A stretch of 56,175 bases of DNA from Bdellovibrionales bacterium (GCA_037969255.1 JBBKXB010000066.1:1-56175), one strand, 5' to 3'; counted from the first letter of the stretch, positions 1 to 9,703 are shown. Notes: a model not told the origin generated them from the sequence alone. Translations and numbers: made by a program.

Positions 1-120
1 GAAGTTGGACAACAATTTAGCGTAACGCGTGAGCGTATTCGTCAAATCGAGGCCAAGGCCTTGCGTAAATTGAAACATCCATCGCGTTCACGCATGCTTA
101 AGAGTTTTTTAGATAGTTAA
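1..120 (+). CDS. rpoD: RNA polymerase primary sigma factor RpoD, C-terminal fragment (region 4.2)
   Basis: In frame from base 1. Translates to [39 protein letters not shown], the conserved region 4.2 HTH and tail of sigma-70. Stop TAA at 118-120. Confidence 0.85.
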   Translation, partial: EVGQQFSVTRERIRQIEAKALRKLKHPSRSRMLKSFLDS

Positions 121-133
121 AATATCTTTTTAG

Positions 134-538
134 TTATTTTGGGGTGTATACTTGGCCAGATTCTACTTTAATGGGCTGAGAATCCATGCTTTTTGTACGG
201 GCCATAATATCATTGTACAAAACACCCATTGATAAAGTTATTGCAAACATAGCTGTGTATCGCTTAGGCGCTTCTGCAAAGGTATTTGGTAATCTACCAA
301 GACCTTGTCCGCCTACTAATAAATTTGCTAAAGCGGGTAAAAGTAAACCTAAGTGTACAATGTTTTTAAGCGATGGGTCAGGCAAAGACTGATTAGCCAC
401 TAGAAAACCCATAGTTGGAAGTACCAAAGCAATTGGAAGCGCATTTTTATTAATAAAACCTGCCACATACTCCCAAGATCTTTTCGGAGTTTGAAGAGTA
501 AAATCTGGTGGTACAATAAAACTGTCTGACATAATCAA
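134..538 (-). CDS. hypothetical membrane protein
   Basis: 134-aa ORF with hydrophobic stretches (ALPIALVLPTMGFLVA, LGLLLPALANLLVGG). No family recognised. Confidence 0.4.
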   Translation of the reverse strand: MIMSDSFIVPPDFTLQTPKRSWEYVAGFINKNALPIALVLPTMGFLVANQSLPDPSLKNIVHLGLLLPALANLLVGGQGLGRLPNTFAEAPKRYTAMFAITLSMGVLYNDIMARTKSMDSQPIKVESGQVYTPK

Positions 539-632
539 AAATTAAAATAAAATCTATTGGTTGTCCAGTGCGTATTATAAAAGTGCGTTTAATAGACTTG
601 ATTACCATGAACCTAAGGGACATATTACCACA

Positions 633-1253
633 ATGAAATATTTATTCCTCCTCCTAAGCCTTTTCACATTTGTGAGCTTTAGTGCCAATGCCGCGCCTGC
701 CGATTCACCACAAAATAAACAATGGGTTGCCAAGGCCGAAACCTACTTACAAAACCTTAAAATGGCCAAGGCTGATTTTGACCTTATCGCGCCTGACGAA
801 TCTATGCGTTCAGGTACGTTTTACCTTAAACGCCCTGGTCGCCTTCGTTTTGAATATAGCGGCATTCACAAAGATTTAATTGTTGCTGATGGTACGCTCA
901 TCCATTTTCACGACAGCGCCACCAATCAATCACAATCGGCGCCTGTGCAAAGCACATTGGCCAATTTCTTCCTTCGCTCCAAAATGTCACTCAGCGGTGA
1001 TCTTAAAGTCGCCAAAGTCGAAGATGATAAAGAATATGTGCATATCACCATGGTGCAAAAAGACAGCCCAGACACGGGCAATATCACACTTTCTTTTGAT
1101 AAATCACCGTTCGTTTTAAAGGGCTGGCGCGTGAGCGAGTATAACGGCAATGTGACGCGCATGCGTCTCAAAAACTTGCAGGAAAACCCGAAATTAGCGA
1201 ATGATTTATTCACCTTTAAAGACCCATCTGGACGAGGTCGCGTGAACAAGTAA
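633..1253 (+). CDS. lolA: LolA-like outer-membrane lipoprotein carrier protein
   Basis: ORF 561-1253. Probable start is ATG 633, giving signal peptide MKYLFLLLSLFTFVSFSANA. The mature ~185-aa part (FYLKRPGRLRFEY...) resembles LolA-family proteins. Confidence 0.65.
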   Translation: MKYLFLLLSLFTFVSFSANAAPADSPQNKQWVAKAETYLQNLKMAKADFDLIAPDESMRSGTFYLKRPGRLRFEYSGIHKDLIVADGTLIHFHDSATNQSQSAPVQSTLANFFLRSKMSLSGDLKVAKVEDDKEYVHITMVQKDSPDTGNITLSFDKSPFVLKGWRVSEYNGNVTRMRLKNLQENPKLANDLFTFKDPSGRGRVNK

Positions 1254-1264
1254 TACTGATAAGC

Positions 1265-1867
1265 GTGAATGCACTTGATTCCCTTATTAGCGCGCTACGC
1301 ACCCTTCCGGGGGTCGGCAAACGCGCCGCGCAAAAAATGGCACTCCAACTCCTCCTTAATCGGGACGATGGGTTGCGCGCTCTAAACCGCGCTTTATCTC
1401 AAGCCGATAGTGAGATTGTCACCTGTTCACTTTGCAACAATCTTGATGCGAGCGATCCATGTGGGCTGTGTAGCGATCACCGCCGTACGAGCGATGTGAT
1501 TTGCGTTGTCCCGCACGTGAGCGATGTATGGGCTCTTGAGCGCATTGATATGTTCAAAGGGCGTTATCATATTTTGGGCGGATTACTGTCCGCCATGAGT
1601 AATATTGGCCCCGATGATCTATTTATCGAAAGCCTAAAAGCACGCGTGACCAATCATTCGTCTTTAAAAGAAGTTATTTTCGCCCTGCCCGCCAATGTTG
1701 AGGGGGCATCCACAACCCATCATTTAACAGATATACTCGCGCCATTATGTGCGCATAATGATGTGAAATTCACAAAACTTGCCCACGGTATGCCAATGGG
1801 TGGGCATCTCGAAGCTATGGATGACGGCACATTATCTATGGCCTTATCGGGACGTGGATTGGTTTAA
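1265..1867 (+). CDS. recR: recombination protein RecR
   Basis: 200 aa. N-terminal HhH LPGVGKRAAQKMALQLL, Cys4 zinc finger (CSLC...CGLC), Toprim-like C-terminal part. Confidence 0.93.
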   Translation: MNALDSLISALRTLPGVGKRAAQKMALQLLLNRDDGLRALNRALSQADSEIVTCSLCNNLDASDPCGLCSDHRRTSDVICVVPHVSDVWALERIDMFKGRYHILGGLLSAMSNIGPDDLFIESLKARVTNHSSLKEVIFALPANVEGASTTHHLTDILAPLCAHNDVKFTKLAHGMPMGGHLEAMDDGTLSMALSGRGLV

Positions 1868-2601
1868 CCAATTTTTGGCATACTAGAACCAAATTGCAGT
1901 AAATAAGCAATTCGTTGAGCGTTCCTAGGTTCACTTGGTGCTTTATGAAATAGAACTTTTCTGGGATCAATACCGTGTTTTGATAAGCCTCTACCTTTAA
2001 ATGCAATGATTGAATTTTTTGGAACTACATCCATAACTCCTGTATCACTACAATCAAAATCATGATCAGAGTACCTACCAAAGGTTTTATCTTCTTCATA
2101 TCGTGCAAGCATTTTTTCAGGTAACAGACCTGCATAAAATTTTGTTCCACTACCTACTACAGCGCATAAAAATCTTGTTGAAGCCGACACATCAATATGC
2201 ATTTCATCAATACGACCAGAACGAGTATTCAAAAAGTTCCTTTCAGGATTCAAAATTTCGTTGAACAATAATTGATAATCTTGAAAGGCAACTTCTCGTG
2301 CAATAGTTCGTAATTTAATATAGTACTCTTCAATATAAGGTTTTTGCGAGTCGTACCTTGCATATTCATTATAACTCGAATTCTTGTGATCGTCTTTTTT
2401 ACATGTCTCTTGAATTGCTCGGCGTGCTTCTACTAAATAATTTGGCGCTTCACGAGTCCATATTACGGCCTTAACTTCTGGGTGTGAGGCGTTCTCTAAG
2501 TCTTTTGGATCATCAGAATACCAAATGCGTTCATCACGTGGATGCGGATACGCTACATTTGCGAATGATGGCAATACTGACGAATCTGTAAGTTTATCCA
2601 T
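1864..2601 (-). CDS. hypothetical protein (AT-rich orphan)
   Basis: 245-aa ORF, visibly AT-richer than its neighbours. Its 3' end overlaps the recR stop by 4 nt (convergent). No family recognised. Confidence 0.5.
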   Translation of the reverse strand: MDKLTDSSVLPSFANVAYPHPRDERIWYSDDPKDLENASHPEVKAVIWTREAPNYLVEARRAIQETCKKDDHKNSSYNEYARYDSQKPYIEEYYIKLRTIAREVAFQDYQLLFNEILNPERNFLNTRSGRIDEMHIDVSASTRFLCAVVGSGTKFYAGLLPEKMLARYEEDKTFGRYSDHDFDCSDTGVMDVVPKNSIIAFKGRGLSKHGIDPRKVLFHKAPSEPRNAQRIAYLLQFGSSMPKIG

Positions 2602-2672
2602 AATATTTTGTACAAAAAGTATTTTGATATGTCAACTAAATATAAAGATACCTTACAGCTCAGATAGGATAA

Positions 2673-3485
2673 TTAAACGATATCAAATTTATAGATAACT
2701 TCACCTGTTGGAATATTCACAAGCTCAATTTTTAAATCTGGTTTAGCGCCATCGACCACAAATGTGTCACGGTCTTTTTTCAAGATGTCATGGAAACGTG
2801 AGGCCGCGTCAACTGGCTCTGTAGAGCGCATGGGACGAAATATCAATGAGCCGTATTCCGAAGGTCCAGTGCGTCCTGTGATGTCCGATTGACGGCGCAT
2901 TTTACCTAAATAATTGCCTAATTTTTCAGCGATTTCTTCACATTTATCATCGCCCACTTGGCCTTTAAGACTTGGCATATTGGTCACGGAGATAAACATC
3001 ATAAAGCTTTGTTCGCCATAACGATCGGCGCGATCAAGTGATGTTAAAAACAATTGGTTCATAGCCGATTTTCCTAATATTCCGCCTTTATTAGGATAAT
3101 CATAACTTTCATCTTCTAGACGGTGAACAAGATCAACCATACGGCGGGCATTTTCAACCATTGTCGGCACTTGGTCTTGATCAAGAGGTTTTGGCAACGC
3201 ATCATTCATACCATTGGACAGCGCTTGATCACGCTCTGCATCATGCGCCATGTAAGCCACATACACAAATTGACGTTTCAAAGCACGACGCAGAGATATC
3301 ACAAAGGGACGCGCAGTGGTGAGCGGCGCAGGATCAACGAAAATAGCGTCCACTTTTTCATTGGTCACACGTTCCAACGCTTCGTTTTTTGATGGTTCGT
3401 GCACAATTTCATGGCCAAATTGTTCCAAGCGATCACGTATAATCGCGGCATTGTTACGATCTCGGTCTATAATCATAATACGCAT
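2673..3485 (-). CDS. response regulator: REC domain plus degenerate GGDEF-like domain
   Basis: The N-terminus has receiver hallmarks (D7/D9, D51 in AIFVDPAP, K99-P). The C-terminal ~130 aa align to a GGDEF fold with GPSEY in place of GG(D/E)EF, and RQSD sits at the I-site RxxD position five residues upstream. Confidence 0.7.
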   Translation of the reverse strand: MRIMIIDRDRNNAAIIRDRLEQFGHEIVHEPSKNEALERVTNEKVDAIFVDPAPLTTARPFVISLRRALKRQFVYVAYMAHDAERDQALSNGMNDALPKPLDQDQVPTMVENARRMVDLVHRLEDESYDYPNKGGILGKSAMNQLFLTSLDRADRYGEQSFMMFISVTNMPSLKGQVGDDKCEEIAEKLGNYLGKMRRQSDITGRTGPSEYGSLIFRPMRSTEPVDAASRFHDILKKDRDTFVVDGAKPDLKIELVNIPTGEVIYKFDIV

Positions 3486-3606
3486 AGTTTATCAAATCCC
3501 CTTATGTTCTTACCAAATCAGTTTACCCTTGAGTGCGCGTACAGGCAAGAGAAGTTCTTATATTATGGTCTTGCCATAAGCGCCCATGAGCTCTAGTTTG
3601 ATTGTC

Positions 3607-4218
3607 ATGGAATACACATTACACAAGGGCGATTTGCCAGCCGATATTAAAACCTCTGACATTATGGCGGTGGACACCGAAACCACAGGCCTTAGCCCAC
3701 TTCGTGATCGCTTATGTCTCGTGCAATTGAGTTTTGGTGACGGGCATGCCCACATTGTCCAAGTGAATGAGGATATGGATTGTCCAAATCTTAAAAAATT
3801 ATTAGCCGATCAAGACATTGTGAAATTATTTCATTTTGCCCGTTTTGACGTGATGATGATCATGAAATGGCTGAATATTGTATGTGAACCTGTTTATTGC
3901 ACAAAAATTGCCTCGAAATTGGTGCGCACATATACAGATCGTCATGGTCTTAAAATGCTCGTAAGCGAACTCACTAAAAATGATATTTCAAAAGCCCAAC
4001 AATCGAGCGATTGGGCAGCGAGCGAATTATCAGATGATCAATTAAAATATGCCGCGAGCGATGTGTGGTATCTCCATGAACTTAAAGAAAAATTGGACGT
4101 GATGCTTGAACGCGAAGGACGCACCGCCGCCGCGCAATATAGTTTTGATTATTTACCAACGCGCGCATGGCTTGACCTTACGGGGTTTGAAGACATGGAT
4201 ATTTTTGCACATAGCTAA
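3607..4218 (+). CDS. 3'-5' exonuclease, RNase D family (DEDDy)
   Basis: AVDTETTGL (ExoI), FHFARFD (ExoII) and YAASDVWYL (ExoIII, DEDDy) motifs. An alternative start is ATG 3586. Confidence 0.75.
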   Translation: MEYTLHKGDLPADIKTSDIMAVDTETTGLSPLRDRLCLVQLSFGDGHAHIVQVNEDMDCPNLKKLLADQDIVKLFHFARFDVMMIMKWLNIVCEPVYCTKIASKLVRTYTDRHGLKMLVSELTKNDISKAQQSSDWAASELSDDQLKYAASDVWYLHELKEKLDVMLEREGRTAAAQYSFDYLPTRAWLDLTGFEDMDIFAHS

Positions 4219-4234
4219 AAAAAGAATAAAACGT

Positions 4235-5284
4235 ATGAATAGTTTAAAAAAAATCAGCAATGAAAGTGATCATACAATGTCACAAAATGTGAAACCTGAT
4301 CCACAATGGCTTAACAACGATATGGTGGTCACTAACCGCGTATTTGATCTGGCGATTGAAAGTCTAAACGCGATGCGCAGTTCCATGACGACAAACCTTC
4401 CTAAAGCGGTTGAATTGATGGCGCAAACACGTGCCCGCGGTGGCCGTGTGATCATTACGGGCATGGGAAAATCTGGATACATAGCCCGTAAGATTGCCGC
4501 CACAATGGCTTCAACGGGCGCTCCAGCCATGTTTGTACACCCTGGTGAAGCGTCCCATGGCGACCTTGGTATGATCACGGAACACGATATGGTGATGGCT
4601 CTATCCAAAAGCGGTGAAGCCCCTGAATTATCAGACATTGTTTTATACACGCGCCGTTTTGGAATACCGCTTGTGGCCATGACAGAAAATGCAAACTCGA
4701 CACTTGGCAGTGCCGCCGATGTGGTTCTTGAAACGCCAAAAGTGGCCGAGGCTTGTCCTAATGGTCTCGCCCCCACGACATCCACCACGGCGATGATATC
4801 CCTTGGTGATGCTGTTGCGATGGCTTTATTGGAACGCGCTGGTCTGACATCCAATGATTTTCGTGATGTGCATCCGGGTGGAAAACTTGGCGCACGCCTT
4901 GCCACGGCTGATAAGCTCATGCATAAACGCGATGTGCTCCCGACATGTTCTGCCGATACGCTTATGTCAGAAGCGCTCATTGAAATGTCCGCTAAAAACC
5001 TTGGCTCTGTGATTATTGTTGATGCAAGTGATAAAGTGCTCGGTTTGATCACAGATGGTGATTTAAAACGTCACATGGATGGATCGTTATTAGCCAAAAA
5101 AGCGGGCGACATCATGACCAAAAATCCAAAAAATATCACACCGAAATTGCTGGCCGCCGAAGCGGTTAACATTATGCTCACAGAATTTAAGTCACCCATC
5201 ACCAGCTTAATCGTTGCGAGCGAGGACGGAACACTTAAAGGACTACTACAATTGCAATCTTGTTACGCCGCAGGCGTGGTTTAA
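4235..5284 (+). CDS. kpsF: arabinose-5-phosphate isomerase KpsF/GutQ (SIS + tandem CBS)
   Basis: SIS motif ITGMGKSGYIARKIAATMASTG, then two CBS-like repeats. The ORF-track start 4106 overlaps the upstream gene; ATG 4235 or 4277 is more likely. Confidence 0.85.
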   Translation: MNSLKKISNESDHTMSQNVKPDPQWLNNDMVVTNRVFDLAIESLNAMRSSMTTNLPKAVELMAQTRARGGRVIITGMGKSGYIARKIAATMASTGAPAMFVHPGEASHGDLGMITEHDMVMALSKSGEAPELSDIVLYTRRFGIPLVAMTENANSTLGSAADVVLETPKVAEACPNGLAPTTSTTAMISLGDAVAMALLERAGLTSNDFRDVHPGGKLGARLATADKLMHKRDVLPTCSADTLMSEALIEMSAKNLGSVIIVDASDKVLGLITDGDLKRHMDGSLLAKKAGDIMTKNPKNITPKLLAAEAVNIMLTEFKSPITSLIVASEDGTLKGLLQLQSCYAAGVV

Positions 5285-5292
5285 AAGTGTGA

Positions 5293-5937
5293 TTGATCGT
5301 GGCTGATAAATTAAACTGGCTGCATCCCACTATTCATAGCGCCGAGAGTGCGCGCAAAAATTTATTTCGCCGTGCTTTTAAATATATCCTGCCTATTTTA
5401 GCACTTTTGCTTTTGTCCTTTAGTTTTTTCTGGGCACAAGAGGGGCAAAAAATTGTGGCTGTCACGAATGACAAACAAGATTTATCCCAGATGCAAAACA
5501 CACTTGAAACAGCCGTGTTTACGAGTGTTGATGACAAAGGACGCCCGTTTATCGTTGAAGCGGATGAGGTTATTCAAAAAGACCCCAATTCCATGACCGC
5601 TAAATTAAGTGCCCCCAAAGGCACACTTGAACTGAATGAAACAGATCGATTGAACGTGCGTGCCAATAACGGCAACTACGATCATAGCGCACAAAAACTT
5701 GATCTATCGGGTGATGTGGTGATCAATCAAAATGATGATGTGACCTTTGAGACAAGTGAGTTGAATGTTGATATTCAAAACAACAAAGCATCCAACAATG
5801 TACCTGTTCACGCTGTCACAAAAGACGGTCATATATTGGATGCTGAGGCGGTAGACATGACCACGGATGGCGGGAAAATTATATTCAAAGGCCCTGCCCG
5901 CTTGACAGTGAATAAGAAAAGCGCGGACAATAACTAA
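5293..5937 (+). CDS. lptC: LPS export protein LptC
   Basis: 214 aa with a single N-terminal TM (ILPILALLLLSFSFFW) and a beta-rich periplasmic part. Lies immediately upstream of lptA-lptB. Non-ATG (TTG) start. Confidence 0.65.
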   Translation: MIVADKLNWLHPTIHSAESARKNLFRRAFKYILPILALLLLSFSFFWAQEGQKIVAVTNDKQDLSQMQNTLETAVFTSVDDKGRPFIVEADEVIQKDPNSMTAKLSAPKGTLELNETDRLNVRANNGNYDHSAQKLDLSGDVVINQNDDVTFETSELNVDIQNNKASNNVPVHAVTKDGHILDAEAVDMTTDGGKIIFKGPARLTVNKKSADNN

Positions 5938-6704
5938 TGCGTATTCTCGTCCTTTTATTATTGTTTATTGTAACACCTACCATGGCACAGGATTTGGGTG
6001 ATGACCCTATTGAAATCACGGCACAAAGCGCGCTTGAATGGGACAGAGATAATTCATTGTATAAAGCCACTGGCGGGGCACAAGTTACACAAGGCACGTT
6101 CACCATCAATGCAACGGAAATGGATGCGGCCTATCAGGGCGATCAAAGCAATTTAACGGTCATCACCGCACGCGAAAACGTTGTTATTGTCGATACGGAT
6201 AAGCGCGCAATGGGTGATAAATTAGTGTATGATGTGCAAGCAGAAAAGGCGACTTTAACGGGTGGTAATCTTAACCTCAAAGCCCCTGACCTCACTCTGA
6301 CCGCGCGCGATAGTTTCGTGTATAATCGTAAAAATGGTAATTTTACCGCCACGGGTGATGCGCATGCGGTACAAACCAAAGATAAGCAAGATATTCGCGC
6401 ATCTAACCTCACGGCCATGTTCACAAATAATAATGATCTTAAATCTATGAAAGCCAATGGCAATGTGACGATCACGGCTGGAGAGGATGTCATCAAAGGC
6501 GACAACGCCAATTATGATGCCATTGCACGCACGGCAGATGTCACAGGACAAAACGTCACATTGACGCGTGATAAAAACGTGCTAACTGGTAATCGCGCCA
6601 CGGTTGACCTTAACACCAACATTAGTAAATTATTTGGTGCGGTCGACAAACCCGCCACCGCTACATTCTATCCTGGCTCCACCAAAAAAACGGACACGCC
6701 ATGA
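5937..6704 (+). CDS. lptA: LPS transport periplasmic protein LptA (OstA-like)
   Basis: Signal peptide MRILVLLLLFIVTPTMAQ and an OstA-like repetitive beta-jellyroll sequence. Its ATG overlaps the lptC stop. Position between lptC and lptB. Confidence 0.75.
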   Translation: MRILVLLLLFIVTPTMAQDLGDDPIEITAQSALEWDRDNSLYKATGGAQVTQGTFTINATEMDAAYQGDQSNLTVITARENVVIVDTDKRAMGDKLVYDVQAEKATLTGGNLNLKAPDLTLTARDSFVYNRKNGNFTATGDAHAVQTKDKQDIRASNLTAMFTNNNDLKSMKANGNVTITAGEDVIKGDNANYDAIARTADVTGQNVTLTRDKNVLTGNRATVDLNTNISKLFGAVDKPATATFYPGSTKKTDTP

Positions 6705-7462
6705 CCGACATAAAAAAGAATTTAAAGCTTGTTGAAAAAGGTCTTTATATCGAAGGACTCTTCAAGAACTACAAGAAGAAACAAGTTATATCCGATGTCT
6801 CACTTTACGTGAAACGCGGTGAAGCCGTTGCCCTTTTGGGGCCAAACGGCGCAGGTAAAACAACGTGTTTTTATATGATTTCTGGGCTGATCCAACCCAA
6901 CCAAGGGCGCATTGTTCTTGATGGTACGGATGTGACTGAACTGCCTATGTATCGCCGCGCGCAATTGGGCATTGGTTATCTCCCTCAAGAAAACTCAATC
7001 TTTCGAGGTCTCACCGTTGAGGAAAATATCAAGGCCGTGGTGCAAGGATTAGACCTCACACGTCACGAAGCACAAGACCGCGTGGAATCATTACTTGATG
7101 AATTTAAATTGACGCATCTTCGTAATTCACCAGCGCTTGCCTTGTCAGGCGGTGAACGTCGCCGTGTTGAAATTGCCCGCGCGCTATCCACCGCGCCGTC
7201 CTTTATTTTGCTTGATGAACCACTAGCCGGTGTTGACCCGATTGCGGTGGCCGATATTCGCAACTTGATAAAACATCTCAAAGACCGAGGCATTGGCGTG
7301 CTCATCACAGACCATAATGTACGTGACGCACTTGGGATCGTAGATCGCGCTTATATTCTCGCGAGCGGTGAAATGCTATCCGAAGGCACACCCACCGACA
7401 TTATCTCCAATCCTGATGTCCGCCGTGTTTACTTGGGCGAAGATTTCGCTATTAGAGGTTAA
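6701..7462 (+). CDS. lptB: LPS export ABC transporter ATP-binding protein LptB
   Basis: Walker A GPNGAGKTT, ABC signature LSGGERRRVEIAR, Walker B FILLDEP. 4-nt overlap with lptA. Confidence 0.92.
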   Translation: MTDIKKNLKLVEKGLYIEGLFKNYKKKQVISDVSLYVKRGEAVALLGPNGAGKTTCFYMISGLIQPNQGRIVLDGTDVTELPMYRRAQLGIGYLPQENSIFRGLTVEENIKAVVQGLDLTRHEAQDRVESLLDEFKLTHLRNSPALALSGGERRRVEIARALSTAPSFILLDEPLAGVDPIAVADIRNLIKHLKDRGIGVLITDHNVRDALGIVDRAYILASGEMLSEGTPTDIISNPDVRRVYLGEDFAIRG

Positions 7463-7916
7463 ATGAATATTTCACTTTTGGATTTTTAATTTTTGAAAGC
7501 GTGTTCGCAATATCATTTTTTTCTTTTCTCAGAAGAATGTTAAATAGGTATTTTATATCAAATTTATCAATACAGCCTTTAGGCAATTCAGATCTTTTAC
7601 CTGAGCCAACCATTCGTTTTAAGACACGCCAAAAGGCTATATGGCCTTGTATATCTAAATATATAATCAAGTCTGATTTTTTAAGAGCGTCTAAACTATA
7701 ATCCTCAATCCAACCTTCAATGATCCATTTGTCTTGTTTGGTTATATTTGTCAGCTCATTCGTAATGTATTCTTCTGACTGCTGCGTCCAATCTTTACTC
7801 CAAATAATACTGTCCATATGATAGACAGGGATTCCCGTTTCGTTGCTTACGCTTCTTGCATAAGTTGATTTACCAGAAGCACTGATTCCAATAATGAATA
7901 TCTTATTTTCTTCCAT
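7452..7916 (-). CDS. P-loop NTPase/kinase, topology-modulation (FlaR)/adenylate-kinase-like family
   Basis: 154 aa. Walker A GISASGKST within IFIIGISASGKSTYARSVS, then WIIEGW and DLIIYLD blocks typical of small FlaR-like kinases. Visibly AT-rich. Convergently overlaps the lptB 3' end by 11 nt. Confidence 0.6.
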   Translation of the reverse strand: MEENKIFIIGISASGKSTYARSVSNETGIPVYHMDSIIWSKDWTQQSEEYITNELTNITKQDKWIIEGWIEDYSLDALKKSDLIIYLDIQGHIAFWRVLKRMVGSGKRSELPKGCIDKFDIKYLFNILLRKEKNDIANTLSKIKNPKVKYSFNL

Positions 7917-7979
7917 CTCAATATACTTTCTGTTGATCTATTCTAGCCTTACACACCAAATCACACTATAATTAACACT

Positions 7980-9473
7980 ATGGCGATAGCCCCACAGTTA
8001 AAGATGGATTTGCGCAACGCGCAACAAATGGTGATGAGCCCGCAACTCTCCCAAGCCATCGCTATGCTTCAAATGAACAATCTCGAACTCGCCGATTATG
8101 TTGATGAACAGCTCGGTCAAAACCCATTTCTTGAACGTGATAAAAAAGCGGGCGAAACCAATCGAGATGCCTCCGTAGAGAGCCTATCCGCGCAACCCAA
8201 TGATGTGCGCGATGCCATGAATAAAGCCCCTGAAAAAGTCGAAAAAATTGACCCTGTGGCCACAGATGGCGTGTACCAAGAGGGCGATCACGGATTTTCG
8301 AGTGACTCTATGGCAGGCGTTGGCTCTGGCGGACGCTCTGATTTTTCTAATGACACGCGCGCTTTTGATGAAAATATAACCACCACAAAAACTTTACGTG
8401 ATCATCTTCTTGAACAAGTCGCGCAAAGCTTTGCTGATCCGCGTGATCAAGGCGTGGCTGGATGGCTCGTGGATTATTTAGACGAGCGTGGATATTTGCC
8501 CTATGACGATGATGAATTGATGAATAAAATTGGCGTGAAACGTGGACGCCTCATCACCGTGATGGAAGAAATTCGCGGCTTTGACCCTGCTGGGATTTTT
8601 GCACGCGACTTAAAAGATTGCCTCACGCTCCAATTGGAAGACAGAGGCGAAATGGATGAAGCATGGGCGTTGCTACTGTGCAATTTAGATATGGTGGCAG
8701 AGCACGAGCTTTCAAAACTGGCTAAAATATGCGGGCTTGATACCAACCAATTAAGTGATCGTCTCAAAGCGCTTCGTACATTAAACCCGAAACCCGCAAA
8801 TGCGTTTGATCATATCGTTGTGCAAACGGCGCTTCCCGATGTGATGATGAAACGCATGCCAAAATCTGAGGGCGGCGGTTGGCGCGTGGAACTTAATCAC
8901 GACACACTTCCCAAAGTGCTCATCAATGAGATTTACGTGAATGAAATTAAACAGGCTGGCAAAGCTGACAAAGAAACAAAAACATTTGTATCCGAGCATA
9001 TCAACAATGCCAACTGGTTGATCCGTGCGATGGATCAACGCGCGCAAACTGTGCTCGCGATTGCCAGTGAAGTCATTGAAGCACAGCAAGGTTTTTTCTT
9101 GTATGGCGTAGAATTCCTCAAAACCATGACACTTAAAGATATTGCCGAAGAAGTCGAAGTCCATGAAAGCACCGTGTCGCGTATCGTAAATGGTAAATTT
9201 ATCGCCACACCGCGCGGATTGTTCGAGCTTAAATTCTTTTTCTCAAGCGGCGTATCCAACAGCGATGGGCAAGATGTCGCGTCCGAAGCTGTTAAATCCA
9301 AGATCAAAACTTTAATTGATGCCGAGGACTCCAAGAAAATACTATCCGATGACACACTGACCGCTATGCTTAAAAAAGATGGCATTAATATCGCACGGCG
9401 CACGGTGGCCAAATATCGCGAGGCCATGAATTATCCATCATCTGTGATCCGTCGTCGTCAGAAAAACAGCTAG
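7980..9473 (+). CDS. rpoN: RNA polymerase sigma-54 factor RpoN
   Basis: 497 aa. Region I (LSQAIAMLQMNNLEL), HTH and RpoN box ARRTVAKYREAM near the C-terminus. Confidence 0.95.
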   Translation: MAIAPQLKMDLRNAQQMVMSPQLSQAIAMLQMNNLELADYVDEQLGQNPFLERDKKAGETNRDASVESLSAQPNDVRDAMNKAPEKVEKIDPVATDGVYQEGDHGFSSDSMAGVGSGGRSDFSNDTRAFDENITTTKTLRDHLLEQVAQSFADPRDQGVAGWLVDYLDERGYLPYDDDELMNKIGVKRGRLITVMEEIRGFDPAGIFARDLKDCLTLQLEDRGEMDEAWALLLCNLDMVAEHELSKLAKICGLDTNQLSDRLKALRTLNPKPANAFDHIVVQTALPDVMMKRMPKSEGGGWRVELNHDTLPKVLINEIYVNEIKQAGKADKETKTFVSEHINNANWLIRAMDQRAQTVLAIASEVIEAQQGFFLYGVEFLKTMTLKDIAEEVEVHESTVSRIVNGKFIATPRGLFELKFFFSSGVSNSDGQDVASEAVKSKIKTLIDAEDSKKILSDDTLTAMLKKDGINIARRTVAKYREAMNYPSSVIRRRQKNS

Positions 9474-9703
9474 ATAGTTTGATAATTAGTCTCTCTTGAA
9501 ACTTATATATAAGCTTATGGTTAAACTCTAAGACACTATTCACAATTTGTTAATAATTTTGAGATACACTGGATATTCATGTTAAGCTTATTATATTATA
9601 AGATATCAAAGAAATCGTTTCAGTATTGATGCTTTGAAGAGTAATCTAAGGAGATTATTCCTAAACTCATATTACTAAAACACCAACAAAAGGAGTCCAT
9701 CAT

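Noticed and set aside
4106-4234. 5' extensions of ORF-track entries (kpsF from 4106, surA from 14842, pilV-like 2 from 35869, pilV-like 3 from 37139, the pilM-position gene from 38596, pilL from 25655, dsbC-like from 19419, lolA from 561).
   Set aside because: The extensions overlap upstream genes or precede obvious signal peptides or class III signals. Internal ATGs give canonical N-termini, some with an SD, so the shorter starts were used.
4270-5052. Other long antisense or alternative-frame ORFs inside well-supported genes (4270-5052, 15084-15830, 20942-21466, 27059-27550, 48271-48837, 25717-26120, 43634-43951 and others).
   Set aside because: Each lies wholly within a gene that has clear family motifs or better coding logic. 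Their translations are low-complexity (Ser/Ala/Arg-rich), which is typical of shadow ORFs.
9474-9703. The unusually long (230 nt) AT-rich rpoN-hpf spacer as a possible sRNA or regulatory element.
   Set aside because: I found no convincing hairpin or terminator. There is only a weak promoter-like TTGAAA-N19-TTAAAC and a repeated AAGCTTAT octamer. This is insufficient evidence without conservation or expression data.
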